Of a stretch of DNA of 64,000 nt, positions 10,801-19,241 are shown piece after piece. The position numbers and the translations under genes were made by a program. The notes under the pieces were generated by a model, which did not search any database, had not been told where the DNA came from, and was given only the letters and a program-made list of their open reading frames with translations. Each line of letters opens with the position of its first letter. Within the stretch, counting starts at the first letter, position 1. The stretch comes from a virus (taxonomy: Duplodnaviria > Caudoviricetes), in the IMG/VR virus record IMGVR_UViG_3300047160_008180, positions 769 through 64,768 of that record, one strand, 5' to 3'.

Positions 10801-13800
10801 GGAGAATCAACTGGATGCGGCCGCGCACGAATTCGACGCGCAGACGCACGAGGAGATCGGATCGGAGCCGATGAGCTCCCAGGAAATTGCGGAAGGATTC
10901 GAGCACTGGGCGAAGCAGAGCGCCATTGATCCCCGGGCGCTCGCTGGCAAGGTGGCCGAGAGGCTGCGCACGTCCGAGAACCCCGCGGTTCGAGGCGCCG
11001 CCGACCTCATCGCCCAAAAGCATGAGCGCCGCGTCGAGATCGCGCGCCGCAAGAAAGTCGCGGAGATGAGCGCGGAGGAGGCAAAGCGCGAGCTCCTCAC
11101 GCATGAACTCACTGGCATACCTAACCGTCGAGCGTACGTCGAATCAGAAAAGCTTCCGCGACAGGTGTCTATTGATGTCGATTCGCTGAAAGCCATCAAC
11201 GACATCGCCGGCCACGAGGCGGGGGACGCACTGCTCAAGGAGGTGGCCCAAGTCCTCCACGAGGAAACCGATCATGCCTACCATCTGTCTGGGGACGAAT
11301 TTGCCGCTCAAGCGTTACACGATCGTGAGGCGCACGAGCTCATGGAGCGCGTTCGTGACCGCCTGAAGGATTCAGAGATTATTGTTCAGATGCCGGACGG
11401 TTCGATGGCCAACTATAAGGGACTCGGTATATCGTACGGTGTAGGAGAGGATCTTGGTAAAGCGGATGCAGCCCTCCAATCCCACAAACAAGAACGAGAA
11501 GCGCAAGGTCTCCGAGCGCCCCGCGGCGAAACCCCAAGAGGGCTCGCTATTAGACGCCCTGAAGGCGGGGGGCAAAGTGATCGGAGTGAGGCACGCTCCG
11601 AAAAAACGTCAATAAGCGGAACCGAGACGGCGCGCGATCGTACTGCGGCCGCAACCGAGCTTTTTGGCGATCGCGCGAATGCTGATGCCATCATTGATCA
11701 TGGCCTGAATTCGCTGGATATCGAGAGGCAGCGTGAGGTGGTGGCGCAGGTGCGCGCCAGCCTTCAGAACTTCAAGATTGCGCGGGCTGTTATCAAGTCC
11801 GTCCCCATTTCCGTGGTGCACATGCTCACCGGGAGCAAGGTCACGAGCGATGAGTTGGCGCGCGATCCAACGATGTTCTCCCATAGTCTGGCCGTAGCGA
11901 CGGACGGTTCGATACCTGGCAACGTGCGCGGATTTATCGACACGATAGCCAAAGCCGTGCGCGCTGTAGAACGCTCCGGAACACCGGCGATTGCAGAAGA
12001 AGCGGCTCGCCCGAAGTCGCGCAGGACTTCGGTAGAGGGACGCGCCACAGTTGCTGCAGGAGACTATCTGCATGGCAAAACTGTAGGCCTACCTCGCGCC
12101 AGTGTCGAGCGCATCGTTCACCAGACGGTACGAGAAGCGAACCTCGTCGCCGGTTTTCCGCACGTCGAGGTGCACGACGACGTGTCCAGTCTTCCACAGC
12201 CCATCAAGCGCCTCATTGAAGAGCAGGGCGCGCAAAGCCTGACAGGCGCCGTCTACGACCCGAATACGGGCCGCATCCACCTGGTCGCCAGCAACAACGC
12301 CACAGAGGCTGAGGTCCGCGAGAATCTCTGGCACGAAGCGGTCGGGCACCATGGACTCCGAATGGTGATGGAGGGGCCGCAGTACAACGTGGTGATGGAT
12401 GGTATCGCGCGGGATATGCCCGAACGAGTGCAGGCTGCCGCCATCCGCAGCGGTTTGGACGTACGCGACCCAGCCCAGAAACGCGCCGCGGCCGAAGAGG
12501 TCATTGCTTACGCCGCCGGCCAACATCTCTCCGGCCAGCCGATCGATAAGCCCGTGGTGCCGTACTGGACTCGTGCGGTGCGCGCGGTGAAGGCGTTCTT
12601 TGCGCGCATGACAGGCAGGCCGTTCTACGATGACACGGCGATCGCCAAGCTCATCGGACAGGCCCGACAGGCTCTGGAGCGCGGCACGGCAGGCACACTC
12701 CTAGGGGAACCGGCCCGCGCCACGCGCGCCCCGATGTTCTACTCCCCTGTCGAACGTGCGGTAACCGAGTCGAAGCAGGGCAAGGCGTCTGCGGGCCAGT
12801 GGCTGGCAACCCTTCGCAAGACCACCGGGGTCAAATCTGACGAACTCGAATGGTTGAATCTTGAGCCCTGGCTGAAGGAGCACAAGGGACCGATTACGAA
12901 GGAGGAACTTGCGGATTACGTACGGGCCAACAAACTGCAGTTGGAGGAAACGCTACACGGTGCGGGCGCTCAGACAGCAGACGAGCGCGAGCAGATCAGG
13001 CTCGCTGAACTGCTACGGGCGGAAGGTCACACCGTCGCCTTCGATAACGATGGCAACCTCGACTTCATCAGCGTGCCGCGCCAGGAAGAGGGCTACACGG
13101 TTCCGACGTATGACACCTATTCCCTCCGGGACCCTGCACAGATCGAAGAACTACCCGAGTCGATACGGGAGCGCGTCCGGGATCTGGATGATGTCTCGAC
13201 CCACGTGGCTGCCCGGTGGGCCGCTGAGCATGAAGATCCCACCGCCTCCGAAGACCGCGGCGCGAAGTACGGTGAGTACACACTGCCAGGAGGGAAGAAC
13301 TACCGCGAGATGCTCGTTCGCATGGGGAATCACTACGATCCTGCACAACTCGCTCATCGCAAGACTGCCTTTGAGAAATATGCGAGCGGCATAGAGCGTT
13401 ACCGCCAGCAAAGCGAGGATTTTTCACTACCGCTAGATGAGCGTCAGAGGGCGCAACGTAACCTGATGAAGCTGCAGGATATCCGCGACGCCGAAGCTGA
13501 CAAGCTTGGGCCGGAACGCCCCACTTATCGCTCCAGTCACTGGGATGAGCCGAACATTTTGGCGCACGTCCGCTTCAACGAGCGCACGGACCCAGACGGC
13601 AAGAAAGTCCTTTTCCTGGAGGAACTGCAGAGCGACTGGCACCAGCAAGGGCGCCAGCACGGATATCCAGGGAGCCCTGAAGAAATAGAAGCGGCTAAGC
13701 AAAAACGCGACGCAGCCGGGCTACTGCACTCCGAGGCCGGCGAACGTGCAGCGGAGACATTCCGCGCGGAGTACGCAGGATCCCCAGAGGAAGCGGTTGC

Positions 13801-16800
13801 CATCCGCCGACGGCTCCCAGAAACACAAAAAGCGCTCACTGAAGCCCAACGTGCCTATGACCAGGCGAAGGGCGCTGTGCCGCACGCACCGTTCAAGACC
13901 TCCTGGCCCATGCTGATCATGAAGCGCATGGTGCGCTGGGCGGCGGAGAACGGATTCGAGCGAATCGCGTGGACAACGGGGAAGCAAAACGCCGAGCGGT
14001 ATAGCCTTGAAAACCGCGTCGGCGAGATCACTTACCAGCGCCGCGGCAACCTGTACAACGTCGCTGTTGACTCGCCAGAAGGCGTAAGAATCTGGAGTAG
14101 CCAACACTCCGATAAAGAGACGCTAGCGCGATACGTCGGCCAAGAGATGGCCGATAAGATCGAGCGCGGTGAACGCACAGAGACAAATGGCCCGTTTAAT
14201 GTCATCAGCGGACTGGATCTAAGGACTGGCGGTGAAGGGATGCGCGGCTTCTACGACCAGATCCTGCCGCGCGAGACTGACAAACTGATCAAGAAGTACG
14301 GCGCCAAGACCGGCCCGGTCGAGGTATCCGTGGGCGGTGGCCCTTCGGCGAATATGCAGGACGATATCGCCACAGGATTTAGACCGGCATCCGCAACGGC
14401 ACACGGCTTCGATATTACTCCGGCGATGAAGACGGCCGCGCTCGGCGAGGGCTTCCCGATGTTCTCGCGGCGGCAGCAGGAATTGCCGCTGGAGGAACAG
14501 CGCGAGCGCGGCGCCTACGCCGTGATCCGGCGGGCCGTCAACGCGGTGCACGACTCTGCTGTAGCGCGCGACTTCCGCAAGCTGGCGAATCCGGTCGGGA
14601 TGTCCCCGGAATCCAAACAGACTGCGCTCGTCGCCCGGGCAGCCCTGGGACAGCTCGCGCACGAGACGGTCGAGACCCAAGAAGCGCTTGAGCACTTCTC
14701 GCGTCAGGTCGACCGGATGCCGGTCAAAGACCAGTTGCAGATGATGGACGAGATCGAGCGCGGCGTGCCGCAATCCATCCCTGAGTACCAACCCGTAGCC
14801 GATGAGATGCGCAAGATCTTGGATACCTGGCGCGGCAAGGTGCAGGGGCTGGGGGCCGGATACCTCGATAACTTCATCGAGAACTACTTCCCGCACTACT
14901 GGCGCTTCCCGGACGAGGCGCAGCGCATGGTCGCATCCATCATGGGCCGGCGGCCGCTTCGAGGGCCCGCGTCTTTCCTCAAGATGCGCACCATCCCGAG
15001 CATCAAGGAGGGTATGGACGCAGGCCTTACGCCGCTCACCACGAACCCGCTCATCATGACGCTGCTCAAAACGCGCGAGATGCAGCGGTTCGTGACCGGT
15101 GTAACGCTGATGAAGCGATTCAAGGAGGACGGGCTGGCGCAGTTTCTGCGGGCTGGATCCCCCATGCCGGACGGCTGGGCGCCGATCAACGACAACATCG
15201 CCAAGGTGCGACAGTGGTCGGAGGTGGAGAATGGATTCATCGAGCGTGGGCAGTACATCATGCCGCTTGAGGCGGCTCGTGTGATCAATAACCACGTGTC
15301 TGCGTCCGCGCTGCGAGACTTCGCGCCCGCACAGATTTTCAGGCGCGGCGCCAACGCCCTGAACGCCATGCAGTTGGGCTTCTCGGCCTTCCACCTGGGG
15401 TTCACAACCCTCGACGCGATGATCTCGAAGAACGCCCAAGGCATCGAGCGGCTCATGCACGGCGAGGTCGGCAAGGCGGCTCAGTCCTTCGGCGAGGGGC
15501 TGACACCGGTGGGAGCGTTCACGAACGTCCGCCGCGGATATCGCTTGCTCCAGGCCTACTCGGATCCGGCCGGCGCGACGCCTGAGATGCAGAAACTGGT
15601 GCGGATGCTCGAGCAGGCCGGCGGCCGGGCGCACATGGACCGCTACTACCAGGCGGCGGAGGGGTTCAGCCCGTTCCGCGGCGCAGGGTTGCGCTCACTG
15701 AGCAATGACGTGCGGCAGGCGCTCACAGCACCTACCGACAAACTGCAGAACCTGGGGCGGGCCCTCGGTAGCTTCCCGGTCGAGTACGGCAACAAACTCA
15801 TGCGCGGCATGCAGGAAATCTGGGCCACCACGCCCAAAATGGAGGTGCCCGTGGAGGTGGCCATGCGGATCGTCCGCGCGTCCACGTCCTGGATCATGGA
15901 ACACCTGGTGCCGATGCAGAAACTGGGAGTCTTCTCGGACCTCGCCACCGACCACCTGCGCCGCAACCCACTCGAGAACCCGAACGAGCGCGCGGCCGCC
16001 ATGCAGAAAATCTGGGACTCGGTCGACAACCGTCTCGGCGAGATGGTCTATGACAACCTGTTCTGGAACCGGACCATGAAGGACTCGCTGCACCTGGGCA
16101 TCCGCGCCGTCGGCTGGAACGTGGGTACCGTGCGCGAGATCGGAGGAGCTCCGATCGACATCGCTCGTGCGGTCGATAAGCTCATCCGCACCGGCAAGAT
16201 CACAGCTCAGGACCTCGGCCACCGGATCCCTTACGTGCTGGCCATGGCGACCACCACCGCGCTGTACGGCGCGATGTACCAGTACATGGCCACCGGGCAG
16301 GGGCCGCAGGAGCTCAAGGACTACTTTTTCCCGCGTAGCGGCGGCGTCACGAACTACGGCACGCCCCAGCGGGTGTCGCTGCCGTCCTACGTGAAGGATG
16401 TCTACGAGTACGCCCACCGGCCCGGTACCACGGTGGTGAACAAGCTGAACCCCATCTTCAGCCTCATGGGCAACCTGTACTCGAACCAGGACTTTTTCGG
16501 CAACCCGATCACGGACCCTGAAGCGGGGTACTGGCAGCAGAAACTGCAGCAGTTGCAGTTCGCCGGCCATGAAATGACGCCGTTCTCGTTCCAGGGACGC
16601 CAGCAGATGGAAGCCACCGAGCAGCCCACCGGGTTTGGCGCGGCCGTCAAGAAGGTGCTGCCGATGGTGGGGGTGACACCCGCCCCGGGGTATATCACCT
16701 CGGGCGAGCAGATGGAGCGCCGCCAGCGCCTCGAGGCCGATCAAAAGTACGTGGGCGAGCTGAAGTACAAGATTAAGAAGGCGGCCCTGGCAGGGGATAA

Positions 16801-17035
16801 GGAAGGTGCGGCGGAGATCACGAAGGAGTATATCGAAGCTCGCAAGCGCATGGCGCAGACCAAGGCCCTTGTGGACCAGGACCGCGCCAAGGCGGCCGCA
16901 GCGCGGCGCAAGACCGCTACCTCGATGCGTCAGCAGGGTATGCCGCGGACTGCCGACCTGGTCGCAGCGCTACCTCTTGAACCGGATTCGGCTGCGCGCA
17001 AGTACTTCTCGCAAATGGCCCAGGGTATCGCGTAG
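7844..17035 (+). CDS. Giant polyvalent ejection protein (3063 aa): InPase-like, GGDEF, zincin-like and other domains
   Basis: GNYAKG...ENPKGSTRSG...HDYGY...DGDHVD (InPase-like); SGDEF domain; LWHEAVGHHGL; FYSPVE...GVKSDEL and EELQSDWHQ motifs. Confidence 0.85.
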   Translation: MADVNPLDALDEAPSAAPASALATAAAPSSNPLDALDDPSAQPNPLDRLGTPPASDHTATRMDEVTDQAQMPTVTVSARGGPDSSWSDVARGIPTAIGAGIETKVGATQEYVGHSAYDDAKKKFWQSVTLPQAVRDAKAQGVALTDLPEVQDAAKHVGVRVDVFTRDWPDYVNMSPQELDQVQREQRDRMQAGAQQIESGSRKRLTAAQVQEAYAPRMDNHSLKALVFDSATMAPDILAGVGGTVATGGVGGAAIMAADIAPNEYAAARNKGLNHQDASTYAILTTVASSVPEVPVLKVVENTPLANKVIGSVVGEKLAQTGVGKVAGTAAAQGVTQSVVNALQQGIDAGVLNEHLPLDEALKQVAWSGLLGATVGAPMGAYHAATSRSRKPTTLQEITETGGGNGREEPQAPSVAPPSVGEVPTPIDTRGEEIRTGAAENISGSAEAEQRAALLAVQDKTVTPPQADLLEQAGLVKRNDLNEPVLLPAGRRRLTELKDTGDLPEGQAENAAGKVSAESEPPVSGTNTASKPLETREKGPIVGTETPQETPKQPETEAKQPEKSVNEEVATEKAPLLDRLRDDQDLRQGLEAMKGETGWAQVGGKVLRDATTDQVTGRTSWIPNSDWWPGRPKGLKEDEVHTAVDKALAGQPLRKREQSMVEYMTQVHDERVAMAATHEELKQAVPDLEEQPQQAVDLTILASRAAEHDPNATAQLMEDAWADDSPETIARVRGQFEQIIGRGQKEAFTLATQEAGNREPAPVKRSPAALDLFGEDRTREQALADETRRRDQLRSPNRDVPLETGLPGDLFSQSRRQVDLTDQLEAARADTNTDPTEAQKAAGNYAKGELSFGGMKVTLENPKGSTRSGVDPGGKRWSRKLAHDYGYLNGSEGADGDHVDTFLTGKPDTGKVFVVNQVHPDTREFDEHKAVLGANSEEEARRTYLANYPRGWKGLNSVAEFSTDGFRRWLNRGQRRRPAWGSEVERENQLDAAAHEFDAQTHEEIGSEPMSSQEIAEGFEHWAKQSAIDPRALAGKVAERLRTSENPAVRGAADLIAQKHERRVEIARRKKVAEMSAEEAKRELLTHELTGIPNRRAYVESEKLPRQVSIDVDSLKAINDIAGHEAGDALLKEVAQVLHEETDHAYHLSGDEFAAQALHDREAHELMERVRDRLKDSEIIVQMPDGSMANYKGLGISYGVGEDLGKADAALQSHKQEREAQGLRAPRGETPRGLAIRRPEGGGQSDRSEARSEKTSISGTETARDRTAAATELFGDRANADAIIDHGLNSLDIERQREVVAQVRASLQNFKIARAVIKSVPISVVHMLTGSKVTSDELARDPTMFSHSLAVATDGSIPGNVRGFIDTIAKAVRAVERSGTPAIAEEAARPKSRRTSVEGRATVAAGDYLHGKTVGLPRASVERIVHQTVREANLVAGFPHVEVHDDVSSLPQPIKRLIEEQGAQSLTGAVYDPNTGRIHLVASNNATEAEVRENLWHEAVGHHGLRMVMEGPQYNVVMDGIARDMPERVQAAAIRSGLDVRDPAQKRAAAEEVIAYAAGQHLSGQPIDKPVVPYWTRAVRAVKAFFARMTGRPFYDDTAIAKLIGQARQALERGTAGTLLGEPARATRAPMFYSPVERAVTESKQGKASAGQWLATLRKTTGVKSDELEWLNLEPWLKEHKGPITKEELADYVRANKLQLEETLHGAGAQTADEREQIRLAELLRAEGHTVAFDNDGNLDFISVPRQEEGYTVPTYDTYSLRDPAQIEELPESIRERVRDLDDVSTHVAARWAAEHEDPTASEDRGAKYGEYTLPGGKNYREMLVRMGNHYDPAQLAHRKTAFEKYASGIERYRQQSEDFSLPLDERQRAQRNLMKLQDIRDAEADKLGPERPTYRSSHWDEPNILAHVRFNERTDPDGKKVLFLEELQSDWHQQGRQHGYPGSPEEIEAAKQKRDAAGLLHSEAGERAAETFRAEYAGSPEEAVAIRRRLPETQKALTEAQRAYDQAKGAVPHAPFKTSWPMLIMKRMVRWAAENGFERIAWTTGKQNAERYSLENRVGEITYQRRGNLYNVAVDSPEGVRIWSSQHSDKETLARYVGQEMADKIERGERTETNGPFNVISGLDLRTGGEGMRGFYDQILPRETDKLIKKYGAKTGPVEVSVGGGPSANMQDDIATGFRPASATAHGFDITPAMKTAALGEGFPMFSRRQQELPLEEQRERGAYAVIRRAVNAVHDSAVARDFRKLANPVGMSPESKQTALVARAALGQLAHETVETQEALEHFSRQVDRMPVKDQLQMMDEIERGVPQSIPEYQPVADEMRKILDTWRGKVQGLGAGYLDNFIENYFPHYWRFPDEAQRMVASIMGRRPLRGPASFLKMRTIPSIKEGMDAGLTPLTTNPLIMTLLKTREMQRFVTGVTLMKRFKEDGLAQFLRAGSPMPDGWAPINDNIAKVRQWSEVENGFIERGQYIMPLEAARVINNHVSASALRDFAPAQIFRRGANALNAMQLGFSAFHLGFTTLDAMISKNAQGIERLMHGEVGKAAQSFGEGLTPVGAFTNVRRGYRLLQAYSDPAGATPEMQKLVRMLEQAGGRAHMDRYYQAAEGFSPFRGAGLRSLSNDVRQALTAPTDKLQNLGRALGSFPVEYGNKLMRGMQEIWATTPKMEVPVEVAMRIVRASTSWIMEHLVPMQKLGVFSDLATDHLRRNPLENPNERAAAMQKIWDSVDNRLGEMVYDNLFWNRTMKDSLHLGIRAVGWNVGTVREIGGAPIDIARAVDKLIRTGKITAQDLGHRIPYVLAMATTTALYGAMYQYMATGQGPQELKDYFFPRSGGVTNYGTPQRVSLPSYVKDVYEYAHRPGTTVVNKLNPIFSLMGNLYSNQDFFGNPITDPEAGYWQQKLQQLQFAGHEMTPFSFQGRQQMEATEQPTGFGAAVKKVLPMVGVTPAPGYITSGEQMERRQRLEADQKYVGELKYKIKKAALAGDKEGAAEITKEYIEARKRMAQTKALVDQDRAKAAAARRKTATSMRQQGMPRTADLVAALPLEPDSAARKYFSQMAQGIA
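11099..11500 (+). other. GGDEF (diguanylate cyclase-type) domain within the giant protein
   Basis: LTGIPNRRAY, SIDVDSLKAINDIAGHEAGDALL, YHLSGDEF, ISYGVG, ADAAL. Confidence 0.85.
11609..12073 (-). mobile_element. HNH homing endonuclease nested antisense within the giant gene
   Basis: CSNC...CNRRC zinc knuckle, EHRWIARQ...EHVHHGNGDGLDNSPRNLEVL...H HNH core, C-terminal HTH (SIRAIAKKLGCGRSTIARRL). Confidence 0.85.
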
Positions 17036-17388
17036 TGGGGAATACGCCGCCTGTCACTCTGGACTGGTACCACCTCTTCACCTACGTGGGGTACATCTTC
17101 ATGTCACTGCTATCGGTACTGGCTGCGAAATTGTGGCGTGACGTGGAAAAGCTGAAGGACCAACAGCTTACGCGCCAAGACTTCGACTCGAAGGTCGAGA
17201 AAATGGAACTGGAGAGGGATAAGCGGCATATCGAGAACAGCGGGCGCTTCGAGCGGCTCGACGCGCGGCACTTCGAGGGCGCCTTGGCAATCGAGAAGCG
17301 ACTGGGCGAGCTTGCGATTAAGATAGCTGAGCTACGGCCACAGCCGCCGCAGCCTCCACCAGGTCAGGTAGAACGGCGCCGATACTGA
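17035..17388 (+). CDS. Single-TM coiled-coil lysis-region protein
   Basis: N-terminal TM (YVGYIFMSLLSVLAA) plus charged tail. First gene of the lysis cluster. Confidence 0.5.
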   Translation: MGNTPPVTLDWYHLFTYVGYIFMSLLSVLAAKLWRDVEKLKDQQLTRQDFDSKVEKMELERDKRHIENSGRFERLDARHFEGALAIEKRLGELAIKIAELRPQPPQPPPGQVERRRY

Positions 17389-17410
17389 GACATCACTAAA
17401 ATGCGTTTCC

Positions 17411-17638
17411 ATGGCCGTCAACGATGAACCGCCTGAATCGCCCACCCACCGGTTCCGCCGGGTCCTGGAAGCCATGATTGACGCCCACAAGGCCACCGTG
17501 GTCCGGCTGCACCTCGAGGCATCGAAACTCACCGGACGCCCCGCGAGGGAATTGCGGCAGGTAGCCGACGAGATGGATGAGTACGCCGAGTCCCTCAGAG
17601 AGCGCCTCATGCAGCGGCGCTACCGCGAACTGCAATGA
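17411..17638 (+). CDS. Hypothetical protein
   Basis: 75-aa helical ORF with an ATGA overlap to the next gene. Confidence 0.5.
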   Translation: MAVNDEPPESPTHRFRRVLEAMIDAHKATVVRLHLEASKLTGRPARELRQVADEMDEYAESLRERLMQRRYRELQ

Positions 17639-18063
17639 TTTTCCGACGTGGACCTTCCAGCGATAATTCCAACACCCTCGAGGCTGGGGCCCACCAGACC
17701 AACCTGACGGTAAACCTGGGAGCTCCGACCCTCGCGCTAGTGTTCGTGCTGCTGGCCGTCGTCTGCCTGGCCGCGTGGGTTATCGGCGAGAACACGGCGG
17801 AGCGTAGAAACCAGGAAGCCCTACAGCGCCAACACGAGCTCACCCTGCAGCGCGAATGGGAGAGGCAAACCGCGTCACTGACCGAGCACATGGCAGACCT
17901 GCAACGGCAGTACCGCATGACCGAGTTGAAGCTCGATGACTGGACTGTCGTCGCGCACCGGCGTGGCCTAGCGCTTCCAGGGGACTACACCCGCGGGCCG
18001 CAGGGCAATCTCGATTCACAATCATTTCAGGAGTCACACGATGGGAGCGGGCGGAATCATTAA
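17635..18063 (+). CDS. Membrane-anchored coiled-coil protein (possible i-spanin)
   Basis: TM segment (LALVFVLLAVVCLAAWVI) followed by coiled coil, in the lysis cluster. Confidence 0.45.
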   Translation: MIFRRGPSSDNSNTLEAGAHQTNLTVNLGAPTLALVFVLLAVVCLAAWVIGENTAERRNQEALQRQHELTLQREWERQTASLTEHMADLQRQYRMTELKLDDWTVVAHRRGLALPGDYTRGPQGNLDSQSFQESHDGSGRNH

Positions 18064-18256
18064 CCAGCGCGAAGAGATGCGGAACGCCATTCAACCGGGC
18101 ACCGCGAACTACGCGAAACTGCTGGCGTTCGATGACTCGAACGGCACGACCTGGTCGGGACGCGTGACCGACATCTGCAGCAAAAACGTGAACGATTGGA
18201 GCGAAACCGAGACGATGCTCATCGCCTCGATGTTCCCGATCGTGGTGCACTGCTGA
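18041..18256 (+). CDS. Hypothetical protein
   Basis: 71-aa ORF after a GGAG RBS. Confidence 0.45.
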   Translation: MGAGGIINQREEMRNAIQPGTANYAKLLAFDDSNGTTWSGRVTDICSKNVNDWSETETMLIASMFPIVVHC

Positions 18257-18257
18257 G

Positions 18258-18722
18258 ATGACTACGAAGCTCAGCCAGCACTTTTCCCTCGAGGAACTGA
18301 CGTACTCCGAGACGGCACTGCGTCACGAGATCGACAACACCCCGCCGCCGTCGGCTGTCGAGAATCTCAAGCGCCTGTGCGAGACGCTGCTCGAGCCGGT
18401 GCGAGGCCTCGTGCTCGTCCCGATGCACATCAACAGCGGGTTTCGCTCGGCGGCGCTGAATGTGGTGGTGGGTGGGGCACACACCAGCGCCCACCTCGCT
18501 GGGTGCGCGGCTGACTTCATTCCCATAGGCCTGGACCTGCGCACGACCTTCGACATGCTGAGGCAGCGGGTCGAGCTCCCCTATGACCAGATCATTTTCG
18601 AGTGTTCCGCGTGGATCCACATCGCGGCGGCGCCAGCGGGGCTTGCCCCTCGCAGGCAGGCGCTGACCGCGACGGGACACGCCGGTGCGTGGGCCTATCA
18701 ACTGGTAGAGGGTACGTCATGA
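18258..18722 (+). CDS. Endolysin, peptidase M15 family
   Basis: LSQHFSLEEL...SGFRSAALN..VGGAHTSAHLAGCAADF...IIFE...WIHI. Confidence 0.9.
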   Translation: MTTKLSQHFSLEELTYSETALRHEIDNTPPPSAVENLKRLCETLLEPVRGLVLVPMHINSGFRSAALNVVVGGAHTSAHLAGCAADFIPIGLDLRTTFDMLRQRVELPYDQIIFECSAWIHIAAAPAGLAPRRQALTATGHAGAWAYQLVEGTS

Positions 18723-19240
18723 ACTTCGGAACCAAAGCGCTGCAAGTGTTGAAGACCGTTGCACCGACACTGGCCACGGCCTTCCTGGGCCCGTTCGCCC
18801 CGATCGCCAACGCGGCGTTGGGTGCCGTGCTCAACACCACGGACCCCAAAGCGGCAGAGCAGACGTTGCTCAACGCGACCCCCGACCAGTTGCTCGCGCT
18901 CAAGAACGCTGACAACGCGTTTCAGGAGCAGATGAAGCAGCTCGGCATCTCTGAAGAGGCGCTGGTGTACCAGGACACCGCAAACGCTCGAGCGCGTGAG
19001 ATCGCCACCCACGACATCACGCCCAAGGTGCTCGCCTACCTGGTCACTGCCGGTCTGTTCACCATGCTGGGCGTGCTGATCTTCCACGGCACACCGAAGG
19101 ACGGAGGTGGAGAGGCGTTAACGCTGATGCTCGGCTCGCTGGCCACGGCATGGGCCGGCATCATGACGTACTACTTCGGGAGTTCGGCGGGATCCGCCGC
19201 CAAGACAGACGCACTCAATAGGATTGCGGTCTCGAAGTGA
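18719..19240 (+). CDS. Holin (3TM, gene-transfer-agent type)
   Basis: VAPTLATAFLGP, DTANARAREI, two C-terminal TMs, YYFGSSAGS. Confidence 0.75.
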   Translation: MNFGTKALQVLKTVAPTLATAFLGPFAPIANAALGAVLNTTDPKAAEQTLLNATPDQLLALKNADNAFQEQMKQLGISEEALVYQDTANARAREIATHDITPKVLAYLVTAGLFTMLGVLIFHGTPKDGGGEALTLMLGSLATAWAGIMTYYFGSSAGSAAKTDALNRIAVSK

Positions 19241-19241
19241 A

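Noticed and set aside
14219-16744. 471-aa and 349-aa minus-strand ORFs inside the giant gene
   Set aside because: Arg/His/Leu-rich shadow translations with no domain signature.
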